Of a stretch of DNA of 64,000 nucleotides, positions 51,291 to 64,000 are shown in pieces. The DNA comes from Octopus sinensis (Eukaryota). A model generated the notes under the pieces. That model was not told the DNA's origin and ran no database searches. It was given only the letters and a program-made list of their open reading frames with translations. The stretch covers positions 101,928,001 to 101,992,000 of the forward strand of contig NC_043006.1 of the NCBI RefSeq assembly GCF_006345805.1, given 5' to 3'. The position numbers and the translations under genes were made by a program. Position 1 is the first letter of the stretch. Every line of letters begins with the position of its first letter.

Positions 51291-52447
51291 TATATATTGA
51301 CAAATGGAGGATGCAACACAGTGCTGCAATGGTGCATACCCCTATATCTGACCTGACCTTATATTTATTTCTATTTAAACACACAGATATTGATATATGC
51401 ATATCGCAGAAACAACCACACACATTGGCAATTACATGTTTACGTGCACACACACACACATACACACTTATGAATGCAGATATTGCAGAACAAAAATATT
51501 TACATGTATTCAGTAATTAATTATAGATGCACTAAGTTTATTTCAGATGATACAGATGTATTATACAGTATACTCTGTCATGCAATACAAGTTATTTTAT
51601 TTTTGTTTTTAGTTATCTCTCTGATGTGTCATCAAATACGCTGCACAAATGTAAGCAAGTGGGTTCTGTTTCTCTAATTTCCCTGTGGACAGAAAATAGG
51701 AGATTGGCCTCACCAGTTGCAATTTTATAGGGCATTCTGTTTGGAGGCCATGGTCATCACCTTCGTACATGAGAAATTAGTAAAAGATATTTCACATCCA
51801 TGATGGCTACACAACTTTATATGGTGTACCTTATAGTACATAACAAATATGTGTAAAATTTTTTTTTTAAATGCTCATTTATTCCTACTGCTTTATGCAC
51901 ACACATATTTTGCTTTCTTGCTCACTCACAGATGTGTGTGTATGTGTGTGCATGCACACACATTTATTCGCATGCACATTTACTTACAAAAGTGAAGAAA
52001 AACTAACTTCTGAAAGTTTATTTATGAAAATTTAATTAATCAGAGGAGATTTTGTCATACTCCAGAAGTCTGTGCAATAATGGACAAGCAAAGAATACTT
52101 TTAATAATTTATCAGAATGCTTATCTGATAGCAATTCTGTTATGTTGGCAGATTAGATGACGAAAGTTAAGTTATTTTTCTGTCTTTTCTGGAAGCTGGA
52201 AAGAGTAACAAAGATTTGAGTGTAGCGATTGTAGCAGGTATTGTAACTAATGTACAGAAATTGATTAGATGGTGCATTTAGCATATAACTGTATTTCCAT
52301 GCAACGTTTGGTCCAATTTAAAGTAGGGTATTTCTATAAAGAAGTAGAATGTATCTATTATTTTTATTGAAGTGCAATATTGATTTCTATAATATTGTCC
52401 CATATATTTTATGCAATGATTTCTCTTGAGTTCTGAGTCAACAAATA

Positions 52448-52705
52448 TCATCATCATCCTCATCATCCTCATCATCCTTTATCATCCATTTTCCATGCTG
52501 GCATGGGTTAGACGGTTTGACTTGAGCTGGCAACCAGGTTCCATTCTGATATAGCTTGATTTCTATGGCTGTATGCCCTTCCTAACACCAACCACTTTAC
52601 AGTGTGTGTTAGGTGCTTTTAACATGCCACCAGTACCAGCACATTTACACGGCACTGGCACAAGTGCTTATGTGGCACCAGCACTGGACTCTAGCTGGCC
52701 AATCC
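52448..52705 (-). mobile_element. Diverged (GAT)n-tailed element with short units
   Basis: (catc)n..ttttccatgctggcatgggtt..atgcccttcctaacacaacc..gtgcttttaacatgccacc. Confidence 0.8.
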
Positions 52706-55094
52706 CCTTTACCAGGGGAGGTGGCCTTATCACTTCTGCTGTGGAGGACAGGCATTCTTGAGCATCAATTTTTGTTGGAGTTGATTAAATTGACTCTATT
52801 TTATTACTGGTACTTGTCTCACCAGTACCAGAGAGAGAGGGAGAGAGAGAGACAGGGAGAGTTAACAAACAAAGCTGTCAGCAAGCTTTGAAATCAAAAT
52901 GTTGAGAAACAAACTCAAAGTTTACATGGATGCTTTACCATTCGGCCAATTCACTGCCCATCTGTGTTTTATATAACAAATTTATTTTGACTGGGCTCAG
53001 TTTCATAAAGGAGATGGTACAATAAATTGAATTAGTGTAAGTTTGTCATTGGTATTTATTTCCTTGACACTTAATTGAGAATTGAAAGTTAAAGTCATCC
53101 CTTGCATGATTTGAACTTGGAATAGTTCTTGTTACAGAAAACCATCCAGTACAGTGTTTTGCCATCTAAGCCATCAAACTCACTGCTTTTGTATTTTAAG
53201 CAGCTGATGGATGAAAAACTTTAAAGAAATAAGCTTGGACATGACTGGACAGCTGAATCATGCAGATTACTCAAACAGACAGACGGTGCAAACATTAAAT
53301 TTACAAAGGTTATGGAGTGGATTTGTGCAACATTCATGCTTTTCTCATTAATAGCGCAATCAAGGTGATGTAAACTGAATCCAAGTTAGAAACCCATCAT
53401 ACCAAAAGCACATTGTTGCTGTATGGCACTCACCACGCAGCTAAAATAGATTAAATTCTTCAGACTTGCTGACTGCTGAGTATAGAACAGACTTAGCTAT
53501 TCTGATTTCTCTCCTGTTTCATATTAAGATTTGAAGTAGATTGAAATTAGTGTGTTTGAATGTTGTGCAGGTGGAAAGCGCAGTGAAAGTATACAGATTA
53601 TTTTACCATGTAACATTTGCATGAATCCAAGGCGCTATTGTGGTAACATTGGCTGAGAGCCAGTTATTAAGGGGGCGTGAGGCTCGAATGTATTGTTCAC
53701 TTTTTCAATTATTCATTTGATATTTCCTATCGAATGTTATGAATTCATAACTAAATGAGTTTGTGTGCATGTATGTCTATTCACATATATACACAAATAC
53801 ACTTAAGCATGTGTGTTTATATGTATATATATATAAACCTGCAAATATTCAATTGGAATTATGAAATACATATATGAGTATTGTGTGTATGTATAAATGC
53901 ATATGTGTGTGTATGTGTATGCATATATATGTGTGTGTGTGTGAGTGCAAGTATATATGGATGTGTGTAAATTTCTATTTAAATTTATGAACGTGCATAT
54001 GTATGTATACACACATGTAAGTACAAAATGTATACACATCATATTGCTGTGTGTTCACAAATATATGTTATTGTCACAATGGTTTCAATTGTATCTTTGT
54101 TTTTTTTGTTGTTGTTTTTTTTTGTTAAAACATCACATCTTGTATTGTGTATGCTTTGTATTATCAAATATGTTATTAAAATTTATATCATGTACACATA
54201 TATGTATATATTTATATGTCTATGACATAGTTGTTTTGGGTGTATTATGAGCATATTAATAGATTTATGCCATGAATGTGAAGTATATTTGTTGATACTA
54301 CTGTTGTATCTATTGATTCTTGTATGAATGAGATATTTCTACATACAAGAATCTCTCTTTCTCCACTTCCCCCTCTCTCTCTCATGTTAGGGTGGACCCT
54401 CATGGTACAAGAAGATGAATAGAAATTAGTGGTGACAGAAGAACAGGAGGTGTGGGTGAGTTGAAGTTGCAGGCATGTGTATTAGGTGATTGGGGAATGG
54501 TGGAGGAGACAAATATGATAAATGAAGAACAAAGTGTTTGACAGGAAGGTATGAAAGAGTTGATGATGTCTGCAGATATTAGATAGGACTGAAGAGTGGA
54601 TGAGAGTACAGACGTGGGTGAAAAGCAATAGAATACTAATAATTATACTAATACAACAGATGGGGGAAGTATGGCAGCGAGAGAAAGATGATGTGTGAGT
54701 GATTAGGTTGTAGGAGAGTGAGGATAGAAGCAGATTTAGTGTACAGGGACAGTAAGATATGTATGGTGGTTTAGAAGGAGAGGTAATTTAGTGACACAGA
54801 AAGGGTGATCAATGTAAAATGTCAGTGGAGAGGAGCAAGAATGAAGAACATTTAACAGGTGAAGTGGTTCTGGGATGTGAGAAAGATAATTGGTATCGCA
54901 GAAAATAATGATGAAATATACAATCTTTCTTTCATTTGATTACAGCATCTGAATACTGTAGTTCAGAGTGATCAGTGATAGAGATGGGTGATGGGAGGGC
55001 TTGAGGAGAAAAATTAAGCAAGAGGCCAGTTGTATGTATATATACATATATGTATTGAGATGTATGTGTGTGTGTTCAATCATACACACACTGT

Positions 55095-55600
55095 GCTTCC
55101 TGAACCTCAGTTACACCAAGATGAGCAAGTTTTTCAAGTACTACACATTGCCACTCATCCAGACCCTTAGTCATTTCCATGAGGTTCAAAGTCTTGAGAT
55201 CAGCTTTCACTACTTCATCACATGTCTTGATGGGTCTCCCACTTTTACAAGCTTCATCCACATTAACTGATTGACACTTCTTTACATGCCATCATCATCC
55301 ATGTACATCATATGTCCATACAAGCATAGTCTTTCTTGCATAATACATCTGATTTCTCTTATGCCCAACTTTTCCCATGACTCATTTGTAATTAGTAATT
55401 TATGCAAATTTACAATGGAGCATGCAAGATTCATTTCTTTCTAGTCATTATCATTTCTGCTTCAGGGCCATTGCCTCACTACAATGTTGCATTGCATTTC
55501 ATTCACAAACAACAGTCTGCCTTTTGCTCTGAGAGAGAAACTTTTAGTTACCAACTGTGATAAAAGCCTGATAGGTTTCTTTCCATTTCTGTCTGCTACT
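55095..55600 (-). pseudogene. Decayed RTE LINE 3' coding fragment
   Basis: ACKSGRPIKTCDEVVKADLKTLNLMEMTKGLDEWQCVVLEK resembles the RTE C-terminus GRPRKTWDEVV..W. Confidence 0.75.
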
Positions 55601-55685
55601 CACAAGGCTTTAGTCAACCCAACATTATAGTAGTAGGCATTTATCCACTAGTGCTGCAAATTTCTCAACCATATAGCCATATCTG

Positions 55686-55716
<31 letters not shown>

Positions 55717-55986
55717 TATATATATGTGTGTGTATTGGGTGGGTGTAAATCAGAAATGGAAAAACAAAGCAAAACAATAAATTGAACAATTATAAATTCA
55801 ATTCAATTTAAATATTTTATACAAACAAATGATATATCTCATAAATTCTTTGGATATTTAATATCCCTTAGGTGTATTTACACCTAACCAAAAAGTTATT
55901 ATATATATATTTATATATATTCACCATGCTAGAGCAATAAATCTACAAGTTTTTTCATTCTCTCTCTCTTTATTTTCTCTTATTCC

Positions 55987-56020
55987 TTTCTGTTGAAGAG
56001 CATAGGCTCAAAACATAAAA
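55987..56020 (+). ncRNA. Decayed minimal hammerhead-like motif, same type as 57700-57734
   Basis: TTT CTGTTGA AGAGC ATAG GCTC AAAAC AT A AAA. The G-to-A changes are consistent with CpG decay of GCTCGAAACGTA. Confidence 0.5.
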
Positions 56021-56146
56021 TACTTTTTCATTTTCCCGAGTATCAAACGAATGCACTTATTTGTTGTTCATACACCTGTCTTTGTCATTTTGTTTTTCTA
56101 TAAATTTCAACTATATATATGTGTTTGTGTGTGTGTGTGTGCGTGC

Positions 56147-56239
56147 CTGAAGAATTTCTAATAGGAAATGCTTTTACATGTCTATGTAGCATGTAAATCT
56201 TTGTAATTCCTATTAGCAAATGAAACATGCTTAATGAAT
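56147..56239 (+). ncRNA. Hammerhead-like core with a long hairpin as stem II
   Basis: CTGAAGA, then a 14-bp stem atttctaatagg aa/tt cctattag(c)aaat with an inner 8-bp stem tttacatg/catgtaaa, then GAAAC ATGC TT A. The 5' strand of stem I is missing. Confidence 0.5.
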
Positions 56240-56288
56240 AATGCCAAAATGTTTCCTGTTTTGTTTAGTATATATGTATGTATGTATG

Positions 56289-56338
<50 letters not shown>

Positions 56339-56607
56339 GGCAGACTGACAGACAGACAAACCCCACTACAGCCTCTCTCAGAAATATGCATATGAAATTT
56401 TGCCCATGTCAACATTTTTGATTAATGTTGATACACATATGATTGATCACATGTCTATATTTTCCTGAGTATAAACAATAGAAATTATGCAAAATAAAAA
56501 TGTCTGCATGCATAAAATGAATTGCTGTGTGTGTACATAAAAGAAATTGGCATTTGTATGTAATGAAATATTGGTCACACTGCTTTCGCAGAATCCCATG
56601 ACTCTCT

Positions 56608-57090
56608 ATCATCATCATCATCATCATTGGTTAACATCTTCCGTGCTTGCATGAGTAAGATGGTTGACTGGAGACGGCCAGGTAGAAGACTACTCCAAGC
56701 TATTGTGTATATTTTGGCAGGGTTTTTACAGGTGGATGCTCTTCCTAACACTAGCCACTCCACAGAGCAGACTGAGTGCTTTTTACATGGCACCAGCACA
56801 GGTGAGGTCAGTTTTGGCATGGCTTTTTACGACTGAATGCCCTTCCAAATGCCAACTACTTTACAGTGTGGACTGGGTGCTTTTCACGTAGCTCCAGCAC
56901 TGGTAGGGTCCCTAATTAACTTGAAAGACAAGGAATTTTGAGTGGGGTAGGGGCATTGGAGTGGGAGATCTTGTGTTAGATGATGAAAGGTTTGAGTGTG
57001 ACAGGAACAGGTGTCTTACTATAGAGGAAGGGGAATTGGAGGAGGTGATCTTGTGTTAGGTGACGAAAGGTTTGAGTGTGACAGAGAAAC
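56608..57090 (-). mobile_element. Older (GAT)n-tailed element with a duplicated body block and an upstream UTR-like segment
   Basis: The atgcccttcc..gtgctttt block occurs twice; a ~36-bp duplication gatcttgtgttag..gtgtgacag lies near 56969 and 57049. Confidence 0.75.
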
Positions 57091-57699
57091 AGAACTTGAG
57101 TCATTGTGAATCTTTCATTAGCTGATAGCACAAACATGGACACCACCTCAATGGATGCATTGCAGTTACTCTCTTGATAAAGATTGGTAATCCTGACTGT
57201 TGATCTTTTAGGATTCCTCTGCTAAGCATCAATGTAAGAAGTTGATCTCCTCTTCACAATCTGCCATGCTGCAGTCCTGGCAGAGTGGTTGAATGGGTGC
57301 CATACCTTGTCAAAGGGCAACATGTAACTATGCAGAGCATGGTCAACACGACCATGAGCTATTTTCAAAATACCTGCAAACACACACACACACATACATG
57401 CACATGCACGTGCGCACACACACACACACACATACTGTCGAAATATGTATACTGTCATTCAGGCGAAAAAATTTGATGTGTTTGTGTGATTTCTAAAGAT
57501 TTGTGTATTTATAAGTATACAATCATTCAGATCGATATATTTACAAGTTTGTGTTGCTAAAATCTCTCCCCCCCCCATATGTATATATATATAGTAATTT
57601 TTTTTTAAATAAAGAACAAACACAACACGAAAAAACAACAATGCAAGGTCATAGTACATGCAAAGTATTAGCAGATATTCAGGGAAGGAAAGGAAGGTA

Positions 57700-57734
57700 G
57701 TTTTACGTTTCAAGCAAAGCTCTTCATCAGAAAC
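57700..57734 (-). ncRNA. Minimal type I hammerhead-ribozyme motif (best example)
   Basis: Minus strand reads GTTT CTGATGA AGAGC TTT GCTT GAAAC GT A AAAC. Core intact, stem I GTTT/AAAC, loopless palindromic ACGT helix III, GTA cleavage site. Confidence 0.7.
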
Positions 57735-57765
57735 AGGAGACGGAGAAAAAAAATTGCCAACGATC

Positions 57766-57800
<35 letters not shown>

Positions 57801-57801
<1 letters not shown>

Positions 57802-58205
57802 CACACACATGAATGACTGTGTGGTTAAGAAGCCTGTTTCCCACCATATGGTTCCACTGCATGACACTTTTGGCAAGTGTCTTCTGCTATAGCCCCAGGC
57901 TGGCCAAAGCCTAATGTGTGGATCTGATAGACAAATTCTGAAAGAAGCCCATTTTGTGTGAGTGTGAATGTGTGTGAGTTGTTGTCCCTTGTCTTGACAT
58001 GACCTTATAGTTTTAAATGAATGTCATTTCATGTAGTGGTATCTTTCATTTCTAATTTTCTTGAAAACATGTCAGGCCATGGAGTAATATTAAAATAGCA
58101 GCTAAAAATTGGTTACAAGAAAGACATCAATCCAAAGAAAATCTGCCTTAAAAATTCCATCCAAGCTATGCAAAAATGGAAAAATGGATGTTAAAATGTA
58201 ATCAT
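57801..58205 (+). mobile_element. Family C head with tail T2
   Basis: tgactgtgtggttaagaag..tttggcaagtgtcttctgctatagcc..aaaatctgcc..aatggaaaaatggatgttaaaatg. Confidence 0.7.
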
Positions 58206-58303
58206 TTTCTGTTTCTGTGTTTGTATCTGTTTATAAATGAGATATATGCAAATATATATGTATATGCCTATTAGTATATATGTGTATATATGATGCAGAT
58301 TCT

Positions 58304-58341
<38 letters not shown>

Positions 58342-59347
58342 CACATACGCACACATTTACATGTGTGTGCATAATTAAAACACCTTTATAAATCTGTTAT
58401 ACACATACATGTGTGCTCACGTGTAAATCAGTAATGATGAATGCCAAAAACCACAAAACCACATGTTTCTGATTTATTAATGCAAAACTAATGACATTAA
58501 TTATTCTCACTAATCAAAGCCAGAAATGTGCCAAGGAACATTATATACATAGGTACAATAACTACACACACACACACACACACGCACATGGGAAAGAGAG
58601 AAGAATTGTTAATATAATGACCCTTTCACATTGTTTAATGAAGCCAGCAAATAACAAGCAATTTATTGTGCATTCTGATGTCGATAAGGTTAAAATGAAA
58701 AGGAAATACATTTTTGCTTTTTTTTTTGTATTTTTTTTTTGTATAGATGTATAGGTTACTGGCTTCATTTGGTCATGGTGGTGATCATGATCATCATGAT
58801 TCTATTGGTCACAGTGTGTATATGTTTGTGAATAAGAAAGCAGGCAATTTTCTAGGCTGCTATAGGATATGCTGGAATACCATTATTATATTATTTTCAT
58901 TTACCCTTGTTTTTAATGTTTTGTTTGTTATAATACAGGAATAAAAGATAGAAATAAATGTTTGTTTATGAATGTAATTGCCTTAATTGTGTTATATATA
59001 ATTTAAACACATCAAAGAAGCTTTTATTAAACTTTTTAACTGAATATCTTGTGAAACATTTCACAATTTTAAGTCTTTTTAATTTAGATTTCTTTTTTGT
59101 ATTTTTAATTCTTTTTAGCATTTCTTTTCTGGAAGTAGAAAAGTGATTTTAGAAAATTAGGATAATTACTAATTCATTAATTAAAGTAGGTTTTACTACT
59201 TTTTCAATATTAACTATTCAATTGTAAATTGATAAGGGATGATAGTTTGAAGTAGCCATACACATAAAGTCAATGTCAATAGAATTACCATGGAATTAGA
59301 TTCTACACTTGTGTTGCGTACATTATTGAGTTAATATTTGCTGCTCT

Positions 59348-59557
59348 AAGGCTGGCAGAATCATTAGCACATCAGGCAAAATGCTTAGTGGCATTTTGTC
59401 CATCTTTATATTCTGAGTTCAAATTCTACTGAGGTTGACTTCATTTTTTAACCTTTTGGGGTTGATAAAATAAGTACCAGTTGATTGTTGGGGCTGATGT
59501 ATTTGACTCAACCCCTCCCCTGGAATTTATGGTCTTGTGCCAAAATTTTAAACCAAT
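59348..59557 (+). mobile_element. Family M SINE
   Basis: aaggctggcagaatcattagcac..ttctgagttcaaattc..ttttgggggttgataaaataagtaccag. Confidence 0.85.
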
Positions 59558-59871
59558 ATTTGCTGCTTTTAAACATATAATAACATTCATTTTTTTCTAT
59601 AAAATTATATTAGCTCAGGCAAGTAGTCATTCACATAATTAGTCTTTTCTTCAGTTAGATAAACTGAGGTAATGTAGAACCAATTGTCTTTGCCCATGAG
59701 TTGAATGTGAATTTCCTGCCTGTCATTTCACAACTGAAATGTAAAAAGCAAGAAGGACAAAAGAGAAAAACATGAACATAGCAGAGAATCTGTTGTTATA
59801 ATGATTGTTGTAGAATTACAGTTACTGAGGAATTGTGTTTTTAACATTTGCTAATGGTGTTAGTTGTTGCC

Positions 59872-60266
59872 AATGCCGGTGACACATGAAGAGCACCCAT
59901 GCCAGTGACACGTAAAAGGTACTGATGCCAGTGACACAAAAGGCATCTGTGCCAGTGATACAAAGAAGGCACCGATGTCGGTGACACATAAAAGCACCCA
60001 TGCTAGTGACACTTAAAAGACACCCTTGCTAGTGACACATTATAGGCACCTGTACTGCTGATATGTAAAAAACACTCGTGCCAGTGGCACATAAAAAACA
60101 TCCAATACACTCTATGGAGTGGTTGGCAATAGGAAGAGCATCCAGCTGTAGAAGCCAGGCCAAAACAGACTGCAGCTTGGTGCAGCTCTCCAGCTTACCA
60201 GTTGCAATCAAACTGTCTGACCCATGCCAGCATGAAAAACAGACACTAAATGATGATGGGGATGAT
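59872..60266 (+). mobile_element. (GAT)n-tailed element with nine ~26-bp VNTR units
   Basis: atgccagtgacacgtaaaaggcaccc-type units (59872-60105), then the family body and tail. Confidence 0.88.
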
Positions 60267-62149
60267 GTGCTATATTATGAACTTGGCATTGAAAGACCCC
60301 TATCGCTCACCTATCAACTACAGAACTTGAAATACTATAAAAGAAATTCAGTAATGAAGCATTAAATAAGGTTAAAAAGAACAGATGAATGATTTATGTG
60401 TCCAATGCTGGCTTAAAATCACTTCTCTTCTCAGGGATTCAGCTAACTTTTAACTTTAGTTTTATTAAGTATGGATTGAGAAGTGATGTGTCACAGTACA
60501 TATAGACATGACAGGGATTATAGACTTGAAGGAAACAGGACCATCAGTAGGTATTGATATCTCTATCAATAGGACTGACAGAAGTGATAGCAGTATCAGT
60601 AAGTACCAACTCAGAGGTGGTAGTACAAGCAGTAAGTATAAATTGAAAGGTAGCTGGGCTAACATGTATATATAAAATAAAAGGTAACAATACTAGAAGG
60701 TTAAATTGTAAGTTAAATTATAAGAATAAAATACAGATTTAGTCTTTATGACGGTTAGATAAGCTGTGAGATATTCGGTAAACTTTTATATATTTTACTA
60801 AGTTAAAAGTAAAAATGGAATCCAAGGAAGCTGCCAATCAGCTGAATGTTTGTTTTTTTCTGAATGTCTTCTAGGATGTATATGTATGTGCAGCTGCACA
60901 ATGTGGAACTAATATTCTTTTGTGAGCATCACCCCAAGCTCTGTAGATTCTCAATAATTGTAGCGGTTAGAGAGCTAAAGTATTTTCTGACCCTGCAGAA
61001 AAGAACCAGTCATTAAGATGCAATCTTAACCGTGCTAAGAATGTTTTACCATGACAGATCTTCAATGATAGAGAGGTCTAACATTTAGAGCAGTCATCAG
61101 GGCTTTTGTTGTATACTGCTTGTTTTAAGAGGGGTCAAGTGTGATAATGGCTTCTTGTTAAGAGCAATGATAAAGTTAAAAAGAAATGTGAGAGGTTAGT
61201 ATAGTTATTATTAAGTATGTAGTAGAGTGTTTAAATATTTAGTCAGATATAAAGTGTGATAAGAACACTTCTCAAAGTTTGAAATAATTTCTTTCTCTCT
61301 CTCTCTCCATTTTTATAAGTACACACACAAACACACACACTGAGTAGAAGTCACTTCATGTAATCATTTTTACAGTAAGTGGCTTATGTTAATGTTATAT
61401 CCTTCTAGATGAACAAATACACTGCAACAGTGTAATAACAATATAATTGAAACAAACAGTAGTCACCACATGGAACGTAACAAGTCTTTTAAGAACCAAC
61501 AATCCAACTCGAACTCTAAACTTTGAACTATCAACACACGAACTGTGGAACTAGTACAAACTTACTCAGACCGCTACTATTTATATGTAGTGATCCAGTC
61601 CATTCTCGCCAGGAGGCATTGTACTCTTGCACAACAGTTAACTTATAGTTTATTGTTATCTAAGGGGAACACGTTAATAACAAGAACCAGCTGATAACAT
61701 TAAACTGAGAATTTATCAATAACAACGAGTTTACTTGTGCCCCAGCATGGCCACAGCTCATGAGCTGAAACTAGAATCAATCAATCAAAAAAACTCTTAG
61801 CGTTATTTATCCATCAGTATTATACACTGCTTTCTACTTAGTGTGTGTATTTGTTTGTTCATTTAGTGTTCATTTTTCTTTACTAGTGTAGGCAGATTGG
61901 ACAAAGACATATTACTAAGGTATTGCTTTGTAATTAGATGTTCCTCTTGTCTCTAAACCTTACCTGATTTTCGAGGAAGCAGATTTTATTCCACTTGTAT
62001 TCAAAAGTGCTGAGCCTCCGGTTGGTTTGTTGATAGGGAATTGGAATTGTGAACATAAGATTGTTGCTTTTGCTCAAGTAATTTCATGCAAAGACATTGC
62101 AAAATGTAAACATTCTTATGCAAGCAAGCACACTCATAAATTTTGTGCC

Positions 62150-62290
62150 GTACAATTCCATTTACAAGGCATCGGCCTGCCAAAGGCTCTAGAAGAAGAT
62201 ACTTGCCAATGGACTTCACTTGTGGGACTGAATCTGAAATCACAGACTTGCAAAGTAGACTTCAAAACCACACAGTTTTGAAGGGTTACT
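62150..62290 (-). mobile_element. Family C SINE fragment
   Basis: tttacaaggcatcggcctgccaaaggctctagaagaagatacttgcc..gtgggactgaa. Confidence 0.7.
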
Positions 62291-62708
62291 CTAACATAAA
62301 ACACATGCAATGGTTACAGTTCACTTCTTTATTAATTAATGACTTTAATCAAAATCTTTCACTATAGCCCATGTAGGTGTGTTAATATGTTCACTGGCAA
62401 GTCTCCAGAGGTGTAATAAAAGATGTTAGGAAACCATCACATTTATATGTCTTCAGGGATGTAATAAAGGGCATTGACAAATCAACAAGTGACTAATGAA
62501 GTGAATTACAGCCGTGTATTTTTATTGACAAAATGACATTCCCAAAAACAAAATCTGTTTCCACTTGTGGTTTGAAAACAAGAAACAACATACACAGATG
62601 CACCTGTGTATGCACACACAGGTACACACACATTTGAAGCTGAGAATTCACTCTATTGCTGCTCTGAATTTTGCATTTCTGTCTTTTACAGCTACTTCTC
62701 TCTCTCTC

Positions 62709-62748
<40 letters not shown>

Positions 62749-64000
62749 CTCCACACACACACATGTGTGTGTATGCACTCTTTCATCTTACCTCTAAATT
62801 TTCTCTTTTATTTCTGCCTTGTCTTTTTCTATGTATCTCTTATGTTCCTTCTCATACACACTCTTTTCTGCATACCAAATATTCTCTCTCTTTTTTTTTG
62901 ATTCCTCTTTTTATGTCACTACACACATTTTCTCTCATTTTCTTCTATTACTTCTTCTCTCTCTATCTCTATCTCTCTTTCTCTCTCTAATTTCCTGCCA
63001 TAAATTATACAGTCGACATTATTCTGTCAATGAACTCCATTGTATTTATCGGATATCTTATCATTGCCTGCCCCTGGGAGAAAGACTTATCTATTTTCAA
63101 CTATTACTACATCTAAACTGAACTTCTCTCACTACAGAATGTTTGTTCCTCCTTCATTCAGTTGTCCATTCAAACAAGCCGGATCTGATGTGTTTATTTA
63201 AATAAAAAGCCATAAATGTTCCAACACTCTAGAACTATTGAATATTTCGAGAAAGAATATTTATTTTACCATTCATCTTTTCTGTGGATTCCACTTTCTT
63301 AAAATAGCAGCAATTTAGGTTGCCAAGAATCTGCTGGCTTCTTTCCAGTAGAAGTCACACGCCTGCTTTCTCAGCCCTCATCTTCCTCCTCCTTCTCTAC
63401 CAATTGCAACACCAACACTATCTACTGCTGTAGCCATTAAATAACTCCCCAAGTTCCATAAGAAAGAACTTCACCACTCTTAACAATATTTAACTGTTTC
63501 ATTTCACAGTAATATACAGTATTTATTTCTTCAAAATTGTGTAAGTGTTGTTATTGACTTTCACTCAGTGTTCTTGTGACAAATATAAAAAAGGTGTTTA
63601 TACCCATAACTCTCCTCAACACAGAGTTAAAGATTTTAGCAAAGGAGCCTGCTAAGAGGTCAATGCTGTTTGTAGACTATAATTTAGTCAGAAATGCACA
63701 AATTCGTACAATTAACAGCCAATATGTCTACAGTAATCTCCATTTCATATGTTACATTCAAGAATAAGTCATTACTAGGTCTAACTTCAGTGCAGTCTGA
63801 TCAGTTTTGATTAGTCTCAAACATATGACCTTTTTAGCCAGTGCTATCTGGCAGCTATCCTAAGCATAGCCAGTCTCAATCTAATCATCTGACATTGGAT
63901 TCCTACAAAGCACTGCAGCCTCTGTTTGGCCACCCATCAAAATCATTTCATATCATATGCTTTATCTACCAAAGGTACTCCATGGATTTATGTTGGAACT

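Noticed and set aside
52196-52237. Possible exon GKSNKDLSVAIVA
   Set aside because: Poor AAG acceptor and no supporting homology
54380-54960. Possible CR1/Jockey-group LINE 3' remnant (similar hints at 880-1100 and 21330-21530)
   Set aside because: Only isolated motifs such as NSFIP or FYRYFH, too decayed to call

Overview
AT-rich, microsatellite- and transposon-dense animal genomic DNA. It is most likely octopus/coleoid cephalopod; this is inferred from recalled repeat families, not from a search. No complete gene is present. One convincing 74-bp internal exon (40399-40472, +) suggests much of the window is intron of a large + strand gene. Recognisable relics: a Tc1 and a mariner transposon, Tc1-, piggyBac- and hAT-type MITEs (two almost fully palindromic), non-autonomous Helitrons, RTE-clade LINE fragments, an R4/Dong-like LINE tip inside an (AAT)n tract, a Penelope-like GIY-YIG remnant, at least three tRNA-derived SINE families, and about 13 copies of a (GAT)n-tailed element with a hairpin VNTR that is probably an RTE-type LINE 3' UTR. 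Most interesting observations: (1) six or seven dispersed minimal hammerhead-ribozyme-like motifs, one with a long hairpin in place of stem II; (2) the hairpin VNTR with 26-bp versus 61-bp units and strict A/B alternation; (3) a 400-bp, 398/400-identical local copy whose second copy has insertion-like junctions; (4) a degenerate but exactly 38-bp-periodic hairpin array. Almost all listed ORFs are microsatellite or transposon artefacts. Coordinates were counted by hand, and boundaries of decayed elements are approximate.
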